In this document: in pieces, positions 7,960-16,732 of the stretch
How positions within the stretch are numbered: the stretch's first letter is position 1
How the letters are laid out: every line of letters starts with the position of its first letter
IMG/VR virus record: IMGVR_UViG_3300029925_000021
Coordinates: 56,293 to 76,292 of that record
DNA: 20,000 bases
Direction: 5' to 3' (one strand)
From: an uncultured virus (IMG/VR IMGVR_UViG_3300029925_000021)
Taxonomy: Duplodnaviria > Heunggongvirae > Uroviricota > Caudoviricetes
The notes under the pieces: model-generated
Databases searched by the model: none
Told to the model about the DNA's origin: nothing
The model's input: the letters and a program-made list of their open reading frames with translations, nothing else
Made by a program: the position numbers and the translations under genes

Positions 7960-8758
7960 GCAGGCTAGTAGTTATAGCCAACTGCCAGACAAAGAGAAGA
8001 AGAAATTTTTTCAACAACTCTATGATAATAGGGGACTGAGTTGGTCCGTAATTGCTAAGATGTGCGGAACCTACACTAACAAGGTACGTCGTGATGCGGT
8101 AAGGCTAGGCATAGAATCCAGGTCTAAGAGTGAGGCTCAAGCCCTAGCTCTATCTACTGGTAGACACCATCATCCTACCAAAGATAAGTGTCATAGTAAG
8201 ACAACTAAGATCAGGATAAGTGAGTCGGTTGCAGAAGATTGGGACAATATGACCACGGCTCAGAGACAGAAGAAGCGAGACGAAGCTAAGGAACGCTGGA
8301 ACAAAAAGACAGATGAAGAGATTCGTCAGTTTAGAGAGGCCGCTGGAGAGGGAGTCAGAACAGCCGCGAAGGAGGGTTCGGCACTAGAAAAATATTTATT
8401 AGAGGAATTAATTTCGGTAGGCTACAAGGTCGAATTTCATAAGGAACACTGGGTAATACGAGAAAAGCTACAGATTGATTTGTTCCTGCCCGAATTAAAT
8501 ATTGCACTTGAGGTTGACGGACCCTCACACTTCAAGGATATTTGGGGTAAGGATAACTTGCGGAAGAACAAACTTAGAGATAATGAGAAAACTGGTTTGC
8601 TTTTACAGCGTGGCTGTGTTATAATAAGAGTAAGGCAGAAGCAGTCTTTATCTCAACGTTACAAGCGTGATATCTTAAAGAGCGTATTGAATGCCCTGAG
8701 AGACATCGAAACTAAAAGACCACAAGCTGGAAAACGACACATAATTTTGGGAGACTGA
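7931..8758 (+). CDS. HTH + NUMOD3-like + Vsr/DUF559-type endonuclease (homing-endonuclease-like architecture)
   Basis: LYDNRGLSWSVIAKMCG (HTH-like); HSKTTKIRISES (NUMOD3-like); SALEKYL...QIDLFLPELNIALEVDGPSHF...RDNEK..G..IIRV (Vsr/DUF559 catalytic domain). Confidence 0.8.
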   Translation: MTNLPNSLVKQASSYSQLPDKEKKKFFQQLYDNRGLSWSVIAKMCGTYTNKVRRDAVRLGIESRSKSEAQALALSTGRHHHPTKDKCHSKTTKIRISESVAEDWDNMTTAQRQKKRDEAKERWNKKTDEEIRQFREAAGEGVRTAAKEGSALEKYLLEELISVGYKVEFHKEHWVIREKLQIDLFLPELNIALEVDGPSHFKDIWGKDNLRKNKLRDNEKTGLLLQRGCVIIRVRQKQSLSQRYKRDILKSVLNALRDIETKRPQAGKRHIILGD

Positions 8759-9528
8759 TGATGACTGACAAGAACATAGAAACTGCTGTAGAAGATTTAG
8801 AACTGGACGAAGCCTTTACTCCAGTTCAGGGAAGCGATGGAGTTCAGAGTGATGAAGATTCAGATGTAGAACTAGTGCAAGGTAAACCTAGACCAGGACG
8901 ATACTCTGTAGAGTGGTCGGACTTTGTAATGGGTCTGCTGGACAAGAGCGAATTAGTTAACGGTAGTCCCAAGTGTGAAGGGTTACGTAGAGTAGCTGGT
9001 CTACTATACGGAGATATGGACTTCACAATTCATGCTCATGCAGTACATGGCGACTATGCAGCGGTAACTGGAATTCTACAGATTAACGGTCAAAAAATAG
9101 AAGGCTGTGCAGAATGTACAGCAGAGAATTCAGAGCGTCCCTACAACCTGTATCCTCTAGCTACTGCTGATACACGAGCAGAACTAAGAGCACTAAAGAA
9201 GTTCCTTGGACTGAGGAATGTACTAGGAGCAGAAGAGAGTTGTGATAAGGCAAGACTAACCATGCCAGCAACTAACGAAGACCGAACAGAAGGTAGTATC
9301 GTAGATGCTCAGATATCATTCATTGATCTCTTCTGCGGTAAACAAGACATATCAGTAAAAGACGTAGTCACCGCCGTAGTGGGACAACATAAATCAATTA
9401 AAGATCTGAGTCATTCAGAAGCTTTAAGTATTAACGAACGTTTGGACTCATGGTCCAGAGACAAGGATGACGAGTATGCCAAGCTCAGTCCTTATGATGC
9501 AAATTGGCGATCTAATTTTGAGAAGTGA
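8758..9528 (+). CDS. Putative Rad52/Rad22-like single-strand annealing protein
   Basis: PKCEGLRRVA, beta-rich middle, G.AE...YPLATADTRAELRALKKFLGL (cf. 'A.TrA..RAL...Gi'), and a C-terminal helical 'AQISFI...LSHSEALSINERL' module; TGATG coupling. Confidence 0.55.
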   Translation: MMTDKNIETAVEDLELDEAFTPVQGSDGVQSDEDSDVELVQGKPRPGRYSVEWSDFVMGLLDKSELVNGSPKCEGLRRVAGLLYGDMDFTIHAHAVHGDYAAVTGILQINGQKIEGCAECTAENSERPYNLYPLATADTRAELRALKKFLGLRNVLGAEESCDKARLTMPATNEDRTEGSIVDAQISFIDLFCGKQDISVKDVVTAVVGQHKSIKDLSHSEALSINERLDSWSRDKDDEYAKLSPYDANWRSNFEK

Positions 9529-9539
9529 GGTATTGAAGC

Positions 9540-9932
9540 ATGGCGAACATGAAAATTACGTACAAGCCAACTCCTAATATAAGTGTGGAGATTGAGGCTA
9601 GAGGCATCGAAGAGATGTTCCAAACTGTAGGACCGATTCAAGAGGTTCTGGGAGGCAACTGTACTTGCCAAAAATGTAAACAGTCTAAGATTCGTATGGT
9701 CCATCGTAAGGCAGATAACAAGTTCGACGTATATGAATTACTCTGTGAATCTTGTGGAGCCAGACTATCTCTCGGCAAGAACGATATGGGTAACTTATTC
9801 CCACGTAAGTACGAGCAAGCCAAGAATAGCGAGGGCCAATGGAAGCCTAAGCTGGACGGAGACGGTAAAAAGGTCTGGTTACCTGATGGCGGCTGGGTTA
9901 AATGGGACAGAACAGCAGGAAAGTACGTCTAA
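9540..9932 (+). CDS. Zn-ribbon protein of unknown function (CxxC-x22-CxxC), Trp/Lys-rich C-terminus
   Basis: GAGGT RBS; CQKC and CESC pairs; QWKPKLDGDGKKVWLPDGGWVKWD tail. Confidence 0.75.
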   Translation: MANMKITYKPTPNISVEIEARGIEEMFQTVGPIQEVLGGNCTCQKCKQSKIRMVHRKADNKFDVYELLCESCGARLSLGKNDMGNLFPRKYEQAKNSEGQWKPKLDGDGKKVWLPDGGWVKWDRTAGKYV

Positions 9933-9960
9933 GGGCGACTTTTAGCATTCTAAACAACTA

Positions 9961-9987
9961 AGGCGGGTCATTTGACCCGTCTTTTTT
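9961..9987 (+). terminator. Rho-independent terminator between convergent blocks (possibly bidirectional)
   Basis: AGGCGGGTC-ATTT-GACCCGTCT hairpin (one G:U pair) running into a T6 tract at 9982-9987; A-rich sequence on the left flank. Confidence 0.85.
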
Positions 9988-10291
9988 AAATGGGGTCGTC
10001 AGTCGCAGCGTGAGGAGCAGGAATGGGGTATTCTGCGGTCCATAGTGGAGGTTCGGCAGGACATTCGGTAGTTCCCCACGCTAATTTGTTCAAATCGACG
10101 TTTTCTGGGTGCAAATTGCACTTACAGAGGCCGCATTGGTCATATCCCTTGGCAAATCCGCCATCTTTATTGAAATTGTCGCAGTCGCTGCATATTTGAT
10201 GCAATTGTTTGATGTGTTCCGCTAATCTCACGGGACTACCAGCGTCTCGCCACTTCTTTCGCTCTCTAATGTATCTAACTATGGCGTTCAT
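9986..10291 (-). CDS. Small Cys-rich protein (CxxC...CxxCxC...CP..W; DUF6171-like)
   Basis: ATG at 10291 overlaps the upstream TGA (ATGA), which is more plausible than the TTG at 10297. Motifs CSDC, CGLCKC, NKLAWGTTECPAEPPLW. Confidence 0.75.
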   Translation of the reverse strand: MNAIVRYIRERKKWRDAGSPVRLAEHIKQLHQICSDCDNFNKDGGFAKGYDQCGLCKCNLHPENVDLNKLAWGTTECPAEPPLWTAEYPIPAPHAATDDPI

Positions 10292-13200
10292 TCGCAATAA
10301 GCTGGTAATGTTAGGTCACCAGTAGGTACTATGTCTACCATTTGACCACAGTTGTTAAAGATTAATACTTTTCTTGTTGCAGTAATGGTAACTAGACCGC
10401 TAGGAGAACATTGTACGGACATTCCGTCAATAATAGGCTGTTCAATTCCTGACATACTATAATCTTGAAACTTATCTTTGAAGTCTAGCTCAATATTACA
10501 GCTACCAAGGTCTGTAGCTTGTAGACATGCTCCGAGAGATATCTCTGCCGCTCCACTGATACCTCCTATGTCCATATACACTCCCACCTCCGCTTGGCAT
10601 CCGTCTGCGGTTAGTTGATTCAGGTTTAGTCCCTTACCGTACACTAACGTACTTACGAAACCCGCAGGGCTGCTAGAACTCACACAGCTAGTGCTGTTAC
10701 TCATGTTTATACCAGCCCCAATCCATGCGTCACAGCTATTATTAGGAGTCTGCATCCTGATTCCGTTACCAGCTTTAAGTACACTAGCAAGTCTAGTACT
10801 ATCGGGAGTACCAGTTACGCAAGCAGCAATAACGTCTGGATGAAAACCAGCCTGAATATCTACAACGCATATATCATCGTCTTGTGGATCAATTCTAAAT
10901 CCTTTACCGAAGTTTAATGTGGTATAGTTTTGTAGTGTTAAGTGACCACTAGGACTGAGGTATCCGAATCCAGCATTGGTCTCATCAAAACAGAATGTCT
11001 CACTAGACATTTGAGTATTAGACTTATGACTTATAATAGAATATTCACATTCGTAAGGGTCGAACTCTGCTATAACAACGTCACCAGATTTCATGCAAGC
11101 ATAGCCAACCTTATCTACAGCCATGAATTGAGGAGTAGCGATAGGACTACCACCAGAATCGTATAGTGTGGGTCCGCTAGTCTGTGATGCCACACCAGAA
11201 CCTAGTGGATCAATATCCGATTGTAACGTTCCTACTAACGATCTAAATTGCGGAATTGTCCAAACGGCTCTCGCACGATCCCATCTGAAATCAACGGGAC
11301 CAACAGGCCACGACTTAGACTTACGTAGGAAGTCATCCATGAACTTGTGTTCTAGGTTTGTTTCCGCGAAATTACCACTACCAGCAGCGCCTTCTGAATC
11401 TACTTTATTAGGAACTGGGAATCCGTCTAGATCATATCCCCATCCTTGCATTATCATTGGACCTCTAATAGCCATACCTCGGTATGTGTTATTGTGGTCA
11501 GATACTGTTATGTCTTGCGTATCTCCATATCCCTGAATAGGCATCACGATACTAGATGGTGGAACTCCAGTTCCGCGCCCTATCATTTCGATATCGTGGC
11601 CAACAGTAGGAGTATCAGTTCTATCGTCTGCTACACTGCTTCTAGAGAGTCCAGTAGGATTACTAAATGGGTCTAAGTAATTAATATCAATATCTAGATT
11701 GTAAGCGTTATAACTTCCTGCCTCACCCTCGATGTCTATTGGAGGTTGTGCTCCTCGACTTACCGTTTTTTGACAGTTGCTTGTCGGATTAGCATAGGTG
11801 GGAAGAGTAGCGTGAGTTGCTGTCGAGATAGGACGTAACAATCCGTCCATACTCATAAGAGCCTTTTCTTCATACTTAGCAGCCATCTCTGTCGAAGCTT
11901 CTGCCACTGACACAGTACCTACTAATGATCTATCGTATTCTCCAGAGTTCCACGGAATAATCTGCCCACCAAAAACTTCATGAGCAGTATTAGGTAAATT
12001 CTTTTGAGGCTCTAGTAGTACTCCAGGAGCTTTGCCAGCAGCCTTATTGATAGCGTCTATATTTTGGTTTCTCAGTCTATGTAAACCAAACGCACGTAAC
12101 TGTTTATTAAAGTTTAGTCTTTGGCGACCCACTTTCTTCATACGTTCAGCATTACCTCTAAAGAATCTACCGTATTTAGGAGTCCATGTTCTTAGATTGT
12201 ATGTTGTCTGTAATCCTTCTGGACCTACCGCCGTAGTTAGTCCTGTGATATTAGGTCCGTAGGTTCCGTCCCAAGGCAGTACGGCAGTGAAGTAGTAGTC
12301 AATTCCGCTTATTGCAGCGGTTCCGCTGGTTCTGTTTTCTACTAAGTTAGCACCGAGTCCACCGTTAAAGGGATTGCCGCTATCTGCCGCTAACAGTTCC
12401 GCTCCGAGAGGAAGGTCTGGACTACCAATGACGGTAACCTGTCCCTCTTCGGCTACTTGCTGATTTGTAATCCCTTCGCTTGCTGTTGCATTACCCGCTA
12501 AGTTTAAGGTTGTGAAACCTCCATACTCCCAAGGTACTAGTCCGTCGTCATGAGTAACTTGTACTCCTCCTACAGCACCAGCAGCACCCCAAGGACCATA
12601 AGAGAGAATGTTAGATTTAATACCGAAGCCACACGCATCAGGAGTCTCGGCTCTATTAACTGCTGATAACGCCAGAAGCACTAAACCAAAGTTCTCTTGA
12701 GCATCTGCTATATTGTTGTTCTTAACTGCTCCCTTAAAATTCTGTAAGAGTTTATGCAGACCAGCAAAGTTAATGGCAATATCTGGATTATCTAGCGATA
12801 CGTTTTTGATGGGGGTAGGCAAAGTTACAATAGCTCTAGGACTAAATAGTGTAGATTTGTCTAGGTATACATATTCTTCGTTTACTCCAAGCTTTACCCA
12901 TAACTTACCAGCGGTAGATATGTAATCATTAGTACTTAATTCTGCTGATGTAACGCCATTAACATTATCAAATCTAGAGAAAGCTCCCAGTCTGTTGTCG
13001 TCTAAAGTAAAGAAGTCAGTTAAGATTCCTGGGTGGGCAAGTTCTAATACTGGACTCACTTCGGTCCAACCGCCCTCGTTTGGCTGTTCGCTTAACTGTA
13101 TAAGACCGCTTTCCGAATCGGTACGTCCGCAAGTAAATGGAAGACGCACTTGATATGTCTTACCGTAATGAGTATCCGCTATCTTTTTAATCCATTTGAA

Positions 13201-14799
13201 TCCTATTTGAGCAACTTCTAGTTGCATATCTACATCATTAGCTTTAGGAGCGTTAGCCGCTGGAAGAAAATCTGCTGCTCTAAGAGCGTTGCCACCCGCT
13301 GCACCAAGATTCTTAATGATCTTGACCATGCCTTGTATATTAACAGCTCCTTTGAGGTTTGGCAGCACTAAGGCTTGATATAATTCTGTGTTAGTATTAG
13401 CTGCAAAACTTAACCATATATCATACCCAGACTGTGCGGCTACTAACTCGTCTTCGCCTATCTCTAACGTTGCTGCTATAGCTCTATTGTATTTTGGGTC
13501 TACTAGTTGTATAGCTAGGTCGTCAGTGAAGGCATCGAAGAACCACCATCCGTCTCCATCTAGCTCTGGAACGATAGCATTACCAGTGTTAGGATTAAGA
13601 CCGAAGTATGGTATAATCATGTCATCAGCTTCTGGAGGAACTGGTTGACCGTCGCCTTCTGGATCGTCGCTTTGTTCTGCCTGATAGAAACTGTTCTTTG
13701 GACCTCCTACTACAAAAGCCTGCGTAATGTCATTACGTAGTTCACGGCCTTTATTGTAACTGATAACTTTGCGGTCGGCAGATGCGACAAACGTATCAAT
13801 ACTATTTAGTGCAGGAGCGTTAACTCTATCGGCAGTTCTGATCTTGATAAACTTATGGATTCCCGAACCTAGAACTCCACCAACAACTGGAACTAACTCT
13901 ATGTAGTAGTCATGTCCAGAATCTTGAGTGATCTGAGATATGGTGTCCATGATAGAGGTACTAACGCCATTGAATCTCCAGTAAGTAGGAGCGGTAGGTA
14001 GTTCATTAAGGTCGAGGAAGTAGTAAGCTAAATTGCCAACGTCAGCAGGCATAATACCCATACCAGAAGCGGGAAATGATGAAGGAGCCTTGAACGCCAG
14101 TCTACCGTAAGGAGACCAGATATTGGTTGTGGCAGGGAACGAAGATAGTAAGATACGCTGAGCACTAAGAATCTGGTTCCACTGCATACCATTGTGATTA
14201 ACATCTGCCCCACCATAGAATTCAGCAGGAGAGCCGAATACTGTACCGTCAACGCTACCATCTCCAGCACTGTATACTCCTGGAGCAGATTGAAACGTCT
14301 CTGGGCATGAAACGCCGAACGTTTCCATATATCCAAATGCATTGATAAGATTATATACGCTACCTACACTTCCAGCATACTCATTAATGATGATCTGTGC
14401 ATTGTCTAGTATAGCACGAGGATCTACTATCTTAATTTGGTATGTAGGATTACCAGATATAGAGTGGCTCTCTTCCCAGCTTTGCACCTGACCAGCAAAC
14501 TCAAAGTCTCCGACTCTAAAGTATACGGGAGCACCAATGATATTGGTAGTCAGTCCGAAGAAGCCTGGATCGGCTATGGTCCAGTCTTGTTCGGTCAGGT
14601 CGGTATCGAAGTACTTCTTAGGTGATCCAGCAGGAGGAGCACATGTGTCTTCCACCACCTGTACCGTGATCTCTGACTGCTGTTCATTCCATCCAGCAGA
14701 CGCGGAGAAAGACATAACGCTGCATCCTAAGAACATCGTCTGGTCGAATCCTCCCCAAATGTTACCAGGAGTACATGTATTTTTTACTGGAGTGGCCAT
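10288..14799 (-). CDS. Large virion protein, probable tail hub/tip (Tal or central-fibre-like), 1503 aa
   Basis: Lies downstream of the tape measure and Dit-like genes. Hub-like beta N-terminus (FSASAGWNEQQSEITVQVVED...GAPVYFRVGDFEFAGQVQSWEE...YQIKIVDPR); G/S/T/N/D-rich; fibre-like C-terminal repeats; AAGGA RBS. Confidence 0.7.
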   Translation of the reverse strand: MATPVKNTCTPGNIWGGFDQTMFLGCSVMSFSASAGWNEQQSEITVQVVEDTCAPPAGSPKKYFDTDLTEQDWTIADPGFFGLTTNIIGAPVYFRVGDFEFAGQVQSWEESHSISGNPTYQIKIVDPRAILDNAQIIINEYAGSVGSVYNLINAFGYMETFGVSCPETFQSAPGVYSAGDGSVDGTVFGSPAEFYGGADVNHNGMQWNQILSAQRILLSSFPATTNIWSPYGRLAFKAPSSFPASGMGIMPADVGNLAYYFLDLNELPTAPTYWRFNGVSTSIMDTISQITQDSGHDYYIELVPVVGGVLGSGIHKFIKIRTADRVNAPALNSIDTFVASADRKVISYNKGRELRNDITQAFVVGGPKNSFYQAEQSDDPEGDGQPVPPEADDMIIPYFGLNPNTGNAIVPELDGDGWWFFDAFTDDLAIQLVDPKYNRAIAATLEIGEDELVAAQSGYDIWLSFAANTNTELYQALVLPNLKGAVNIQGMVKIIKNLGAAGGNALRAADFLPAANAPKANDVDMQLEVAQIGFKWIKKIADTHYGKTYQVRLPFTCGRTDSESGLIQLSEQPNEGGWTEVSPVLELAHPGILTDFFTLDDNRLGAFSRFDNVNGVTSAELSTNDYISTAGKLWVKLGVNEEYVYLDKSTLFSPRAIVTLPTPIKNVSLDNPDIAINFAGLHKLLQNFKGAVKNNNIADAQENFGLVLLALSAVNRAETPDACGFGIKSNILSYGPWGAAGAVGGVQVTHDDGLVPWEYGGFTTLNLAGNATASEGITNQQVAEEGQVTVIGSPDLPLGAELLAADSGNPFNGGLGANLVENRTSGTAAISGIDYYFTAVLPWDGTYGPNITGLTTAVGPEGLQTTYNLRTWTPKYGRFFRGNAERMKKVGRQRLNFNKQLRAFGLHRLRNQNIDAINKAAGKAPGVLLEPQKNLPNTAHEVFGGQIIPWNSGEYDRSLVGTVSVAEASTEMAAKYEEKALMSMDGLLRPISTATHATLPTYANPTSNCQKTVSRGAQPPIDIEGEAGSYNAYNLDIDINYLDPFSNPTGLSRSSVADDRTDTPTVGHDIEMIGRGTGVPPSSIVMPIQGYGDTQDITVSDHNNTYRGMAIRGPMIMQGWGYDLDGFPVPNKVDSEGAAGSGNFAETNLEHKFMDDFLRKSKSWPVGPVDFRWDRARAVWTIPQFRSLVGTLQSDIDPLGSGVASQTSGPTLYDSGGSPIATPQFMAVDKVGYACMKSGDVVIAEFDPYECEYSIISHKSNTQMSSETFCFDETNAGFGYLSPSGHLTLQNYTTLNFGKGFRIDPQDDDICVVDIQAGFHPDVIAACVTGTPDSTRLASVLKAGNGIRMQTPNNSCDAWIGAGINMSNSTSCVSSSSPAGFVSTLVYGKGLNLNQLTADGCQAEVGVYMDIGGISGAAEISLGACLQATDLGSCNIELDFKDKFQDYSMSGIEQPIIDGMSVQCSPSGLVTITATRKVLIFNNCGQMVDIVPTGDLTLPAYCE
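10480..10923 (-). repeat. Four degenerate protein-level repeats in the C-terminus of the 1503-aa protein
   Basis: TLNFGKGFRI..ICVVDIQAG / VLKAGNGIRM..SCDAWIGAG / TLVYGKGLNL..GCQAEVGV / EISLGACLQA..SCNIELDF, spaced about 35-46 aa apart. Confidence 0.65.
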
Positions 14800-15140
14800 C
14801 TAGGTTCCTTAGCTGAGCTATATATAGTAGCATGTGCCTGTTCTTTTTGAGACTCTTCAAATTCATTCATCTTGCCTAGTACACTAGACAACTCTCTAGA
14901 GTTAGACCTTAAAGAACTACGTTTCACTACGTAGTTTTTGTACCACTTAAAGAAATGTTTGACAGTTGCTGTTCTTTCGTCATCTTTTGCCGTGTAGAAT
15001 ATAGTTCCATTTATACTTCCATGATGCCACGTCCATAAGTCTCTAACATCATTATATTCTACGGTTATTGGTCCTATCTTAGTCTCTAGTACTAGATTAC
15101 ATAGTGTGGGATGTTTCCCTGTTACGTACTTTACAATCAT
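14784..15140 (-). CDS. Hypothetical basic protein, 118 aa
   Basis: Clear AAGGAG RBS and ATG; fills the gap between two structural genes; no motif recognised. Confidence 0.7.
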   Translation of the reverse strand: MIVKYVTGKHPTLCNLVLETKIGPITVEYNDVRDLWTWHHGSINGTIFYTAKDDERTATVKHFFKWYKNYVVKRSSLRSNSRELSSVLGKMNEFEESQKEQAHATIYSSAKEPRWPLQ

Positions 15141-15155
15141 CTTATAACTCCTTGT

Positions 15156-16730
15156 TTAGCAGAATGAAGTAGAAATAGTTCCACTACAATCTGAATATGT
15201 CCATCCTACAGACCTAGTGTATCTGCCAGTAATCGGGTTCCAACTCTCGTTATCGGCGTGCTTGAATACTTGATTATACACGTCAGTGAGCTGAGTTTCA
15301 AAACTACATAGTAAATTTTCCACATTTTCTGTAGGCTTGTTTAAATCTAGATCTGTGATCACAGAACATCCAGTAGGAGAAGGCATTACTGCCTCAATAG
15401 AAACCTCTCTGGTTCGTTCGGTAACTGTAGAAATAGCCTGTAAAACTGGTCCTTGTGGGCGACCTAATACTGCTAACTTGGCGAAAACATCTGTCGGATG
15501 GTTGTCCGAAATGGTAAAGTTCTCACTTAAAGCACCAGTAATGAAGGCGCACGGTCTATCATTGAATTCGTAACTGTATGTTATCACACCTTTAGAAGGT
15601 TGATGTCCAATTGTCTTGTTTGTAGCGTTAGGATTCAGGAAGGTAGAATGATCCTGCTGGAATATGAATTGAGCACGAGGGTATATCCTGTCCTGTAAGG
15701 TGGACCACGCTGTATTAGCGTTATCGTATGCGGCTGTTGTAACGGGACCAGTAGCGGAATTTAGTTCCGTGTAATCCCGAACCTCCAAGCCTTTGATCTG
15801 ACCTTCTACAGATACATTTACCTTACCGTCGTCTATTCCCTGCCTAATATTTACGGTGAAGTCTTCGGTCATGTTTCTTGCCGCTGCTCCAAGTCCAGTC
15901 TGATTTCCGATGATAAACCACGACTCGGTGAGACTCACGCTACCATCCGTTTCATTGACTGTGTGTGCTCGCATGTGATCGAACTCACCGAAGTTTCCCG
16001 CACCAGCTAGATTAGTCCAGCCAGATAGAGAGTGACCCCAAGCTTGTTCGTTATATCCAAAGTTTAGATACACACCAGTTAACCATGCCATAGCATTATC
16101 TGCGGCACTAGTAGGAGTACCAGTTAGACCTGGACCTACCCAGCTTTGTTTGCCCTTGGCAGTAACGGTGTGAGTTACACGCGCTTCAAACGGATTGTTC
16201 TGGTCGCCAGAGCTATAATCACTGCTAGGGTCTTGATTTGTAAGAGACGATAAATCCCATGTAAAGTGTTTCTGATCTTCTACGAACTCCATTGACCACT
16301 CTTCGGTATAGTCCTCAATGAACGGAGGAGCCTCAGTACCAGCGACTGGATGTTCGTTTAGTTCGTCTGTATTGTATTCGATCTCGATGCTGAAAGGTAC
16401 AGTCTGCACCCAGTTGTTATTAGATTCCGCAAAGTTTACGCTAACTACCTTTGGATAGATTTGCATAACTACAGTAGAATCGCACTTTATCTCTAATAGT
16501 TTTCCGCTTCTGTTAAAGCCTGTACGCAGAGCTTCCATGAGACTGTCGGTCTGAATCAGTCCAGTCACACCGTCAGGCAGGGGAGTAAGTAGACCGTTCA
16601 AAGTCATGCTGAACGTATAGCCTAGAGGATCGGTACGGTTTAGCACCTGATGATCTTGTCTACTAATTGTTACGAGAGGTACGGGAGAAAATGCGTAATC
16701 TCCATACGTCATTGTTGTTGCGTTAGCCAT
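15156..16730 (-). CDS. Tail protein, distal-tail/tube-like, with about four tandem modules
   Basis: Immediately follows the tape measure gene. Beta-rich, T/S/N-rich, with recurring 'E.[FW]...v...v.G' module starts and 'G.[IV]...[FW]' module ends. Confidence 0.65.
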   Translation of the reverse strand: MANATTMTYGDYAFSPVPLVTISRQDHQVLNRTDPLGYTFSMTLNGLLTPLPDGVTGLIQTDSLMEALRTGFNRSGKLLEIKCDSTVVMQIYPKVVSVNFAESNNNWVQTVPFSIEIEYNTDELNEHPVAGTEAPPFIEDYTEEWSMEFVEDQKHFTWDLSSLTNQDPSSDYSSGDQNNPFEARVTHTVTAKGKQSWVGPGLTGTPTSAADNAMAWLTGVYLNFGYNEQAWGHSLSGWTNLAGAGNFGEFDHMRAHTVNETDGSVSLTESWFIIGNQTGLGAAARNMTEDFTVNIRQGIDDGKVNVSVEGQIKGLEVRDYTELNSATGPVTTAAYDNANTAWSTLQDRIYPRAQFIFQQDHSTFLNPNATNKTIGHQPSKGVITYSYEFNDRPCAFITGALSENFTISDNHPTDVFAKLAVLGRPQGPVLQAISTVTERTREVSIEAVMPSPTGCSVITDLDLNKPTENVENLLCSFETQLTDVYNQVFKHADNESWNPITGRYTRSVGWTYSDCSGTISTSFC

Positions 16731-16732
16731 AT

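Noticed and set aside
7931..8758. True Vsr mismatch-repair gene explaining the CCGG/CTAG bias
   Set aside because: No adjacent C5 methyltransferase is present. The long HTH/NUMOD3 N-terminus fits a homing-type enzyme, and VSP repair would be expected to preserve methylated sites rather than remove them.
527..9823. Short - strand ORFs within the + strand operon
   Set aside because: They lie opposite motif-bearing genes and have no independent evidence.
10288..11100. Diversity-generating retroelement target at the tail protein C-terminus
   Set aside because: No reverse transcriptase and no template/variable repeat pair seen in the window.
10942..14803. Several 60-122 aa ORFs overlapping the 1503-aa gene
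   Set aside because: Antisense or alternate-frame shadows of a long, coherent structural gene.
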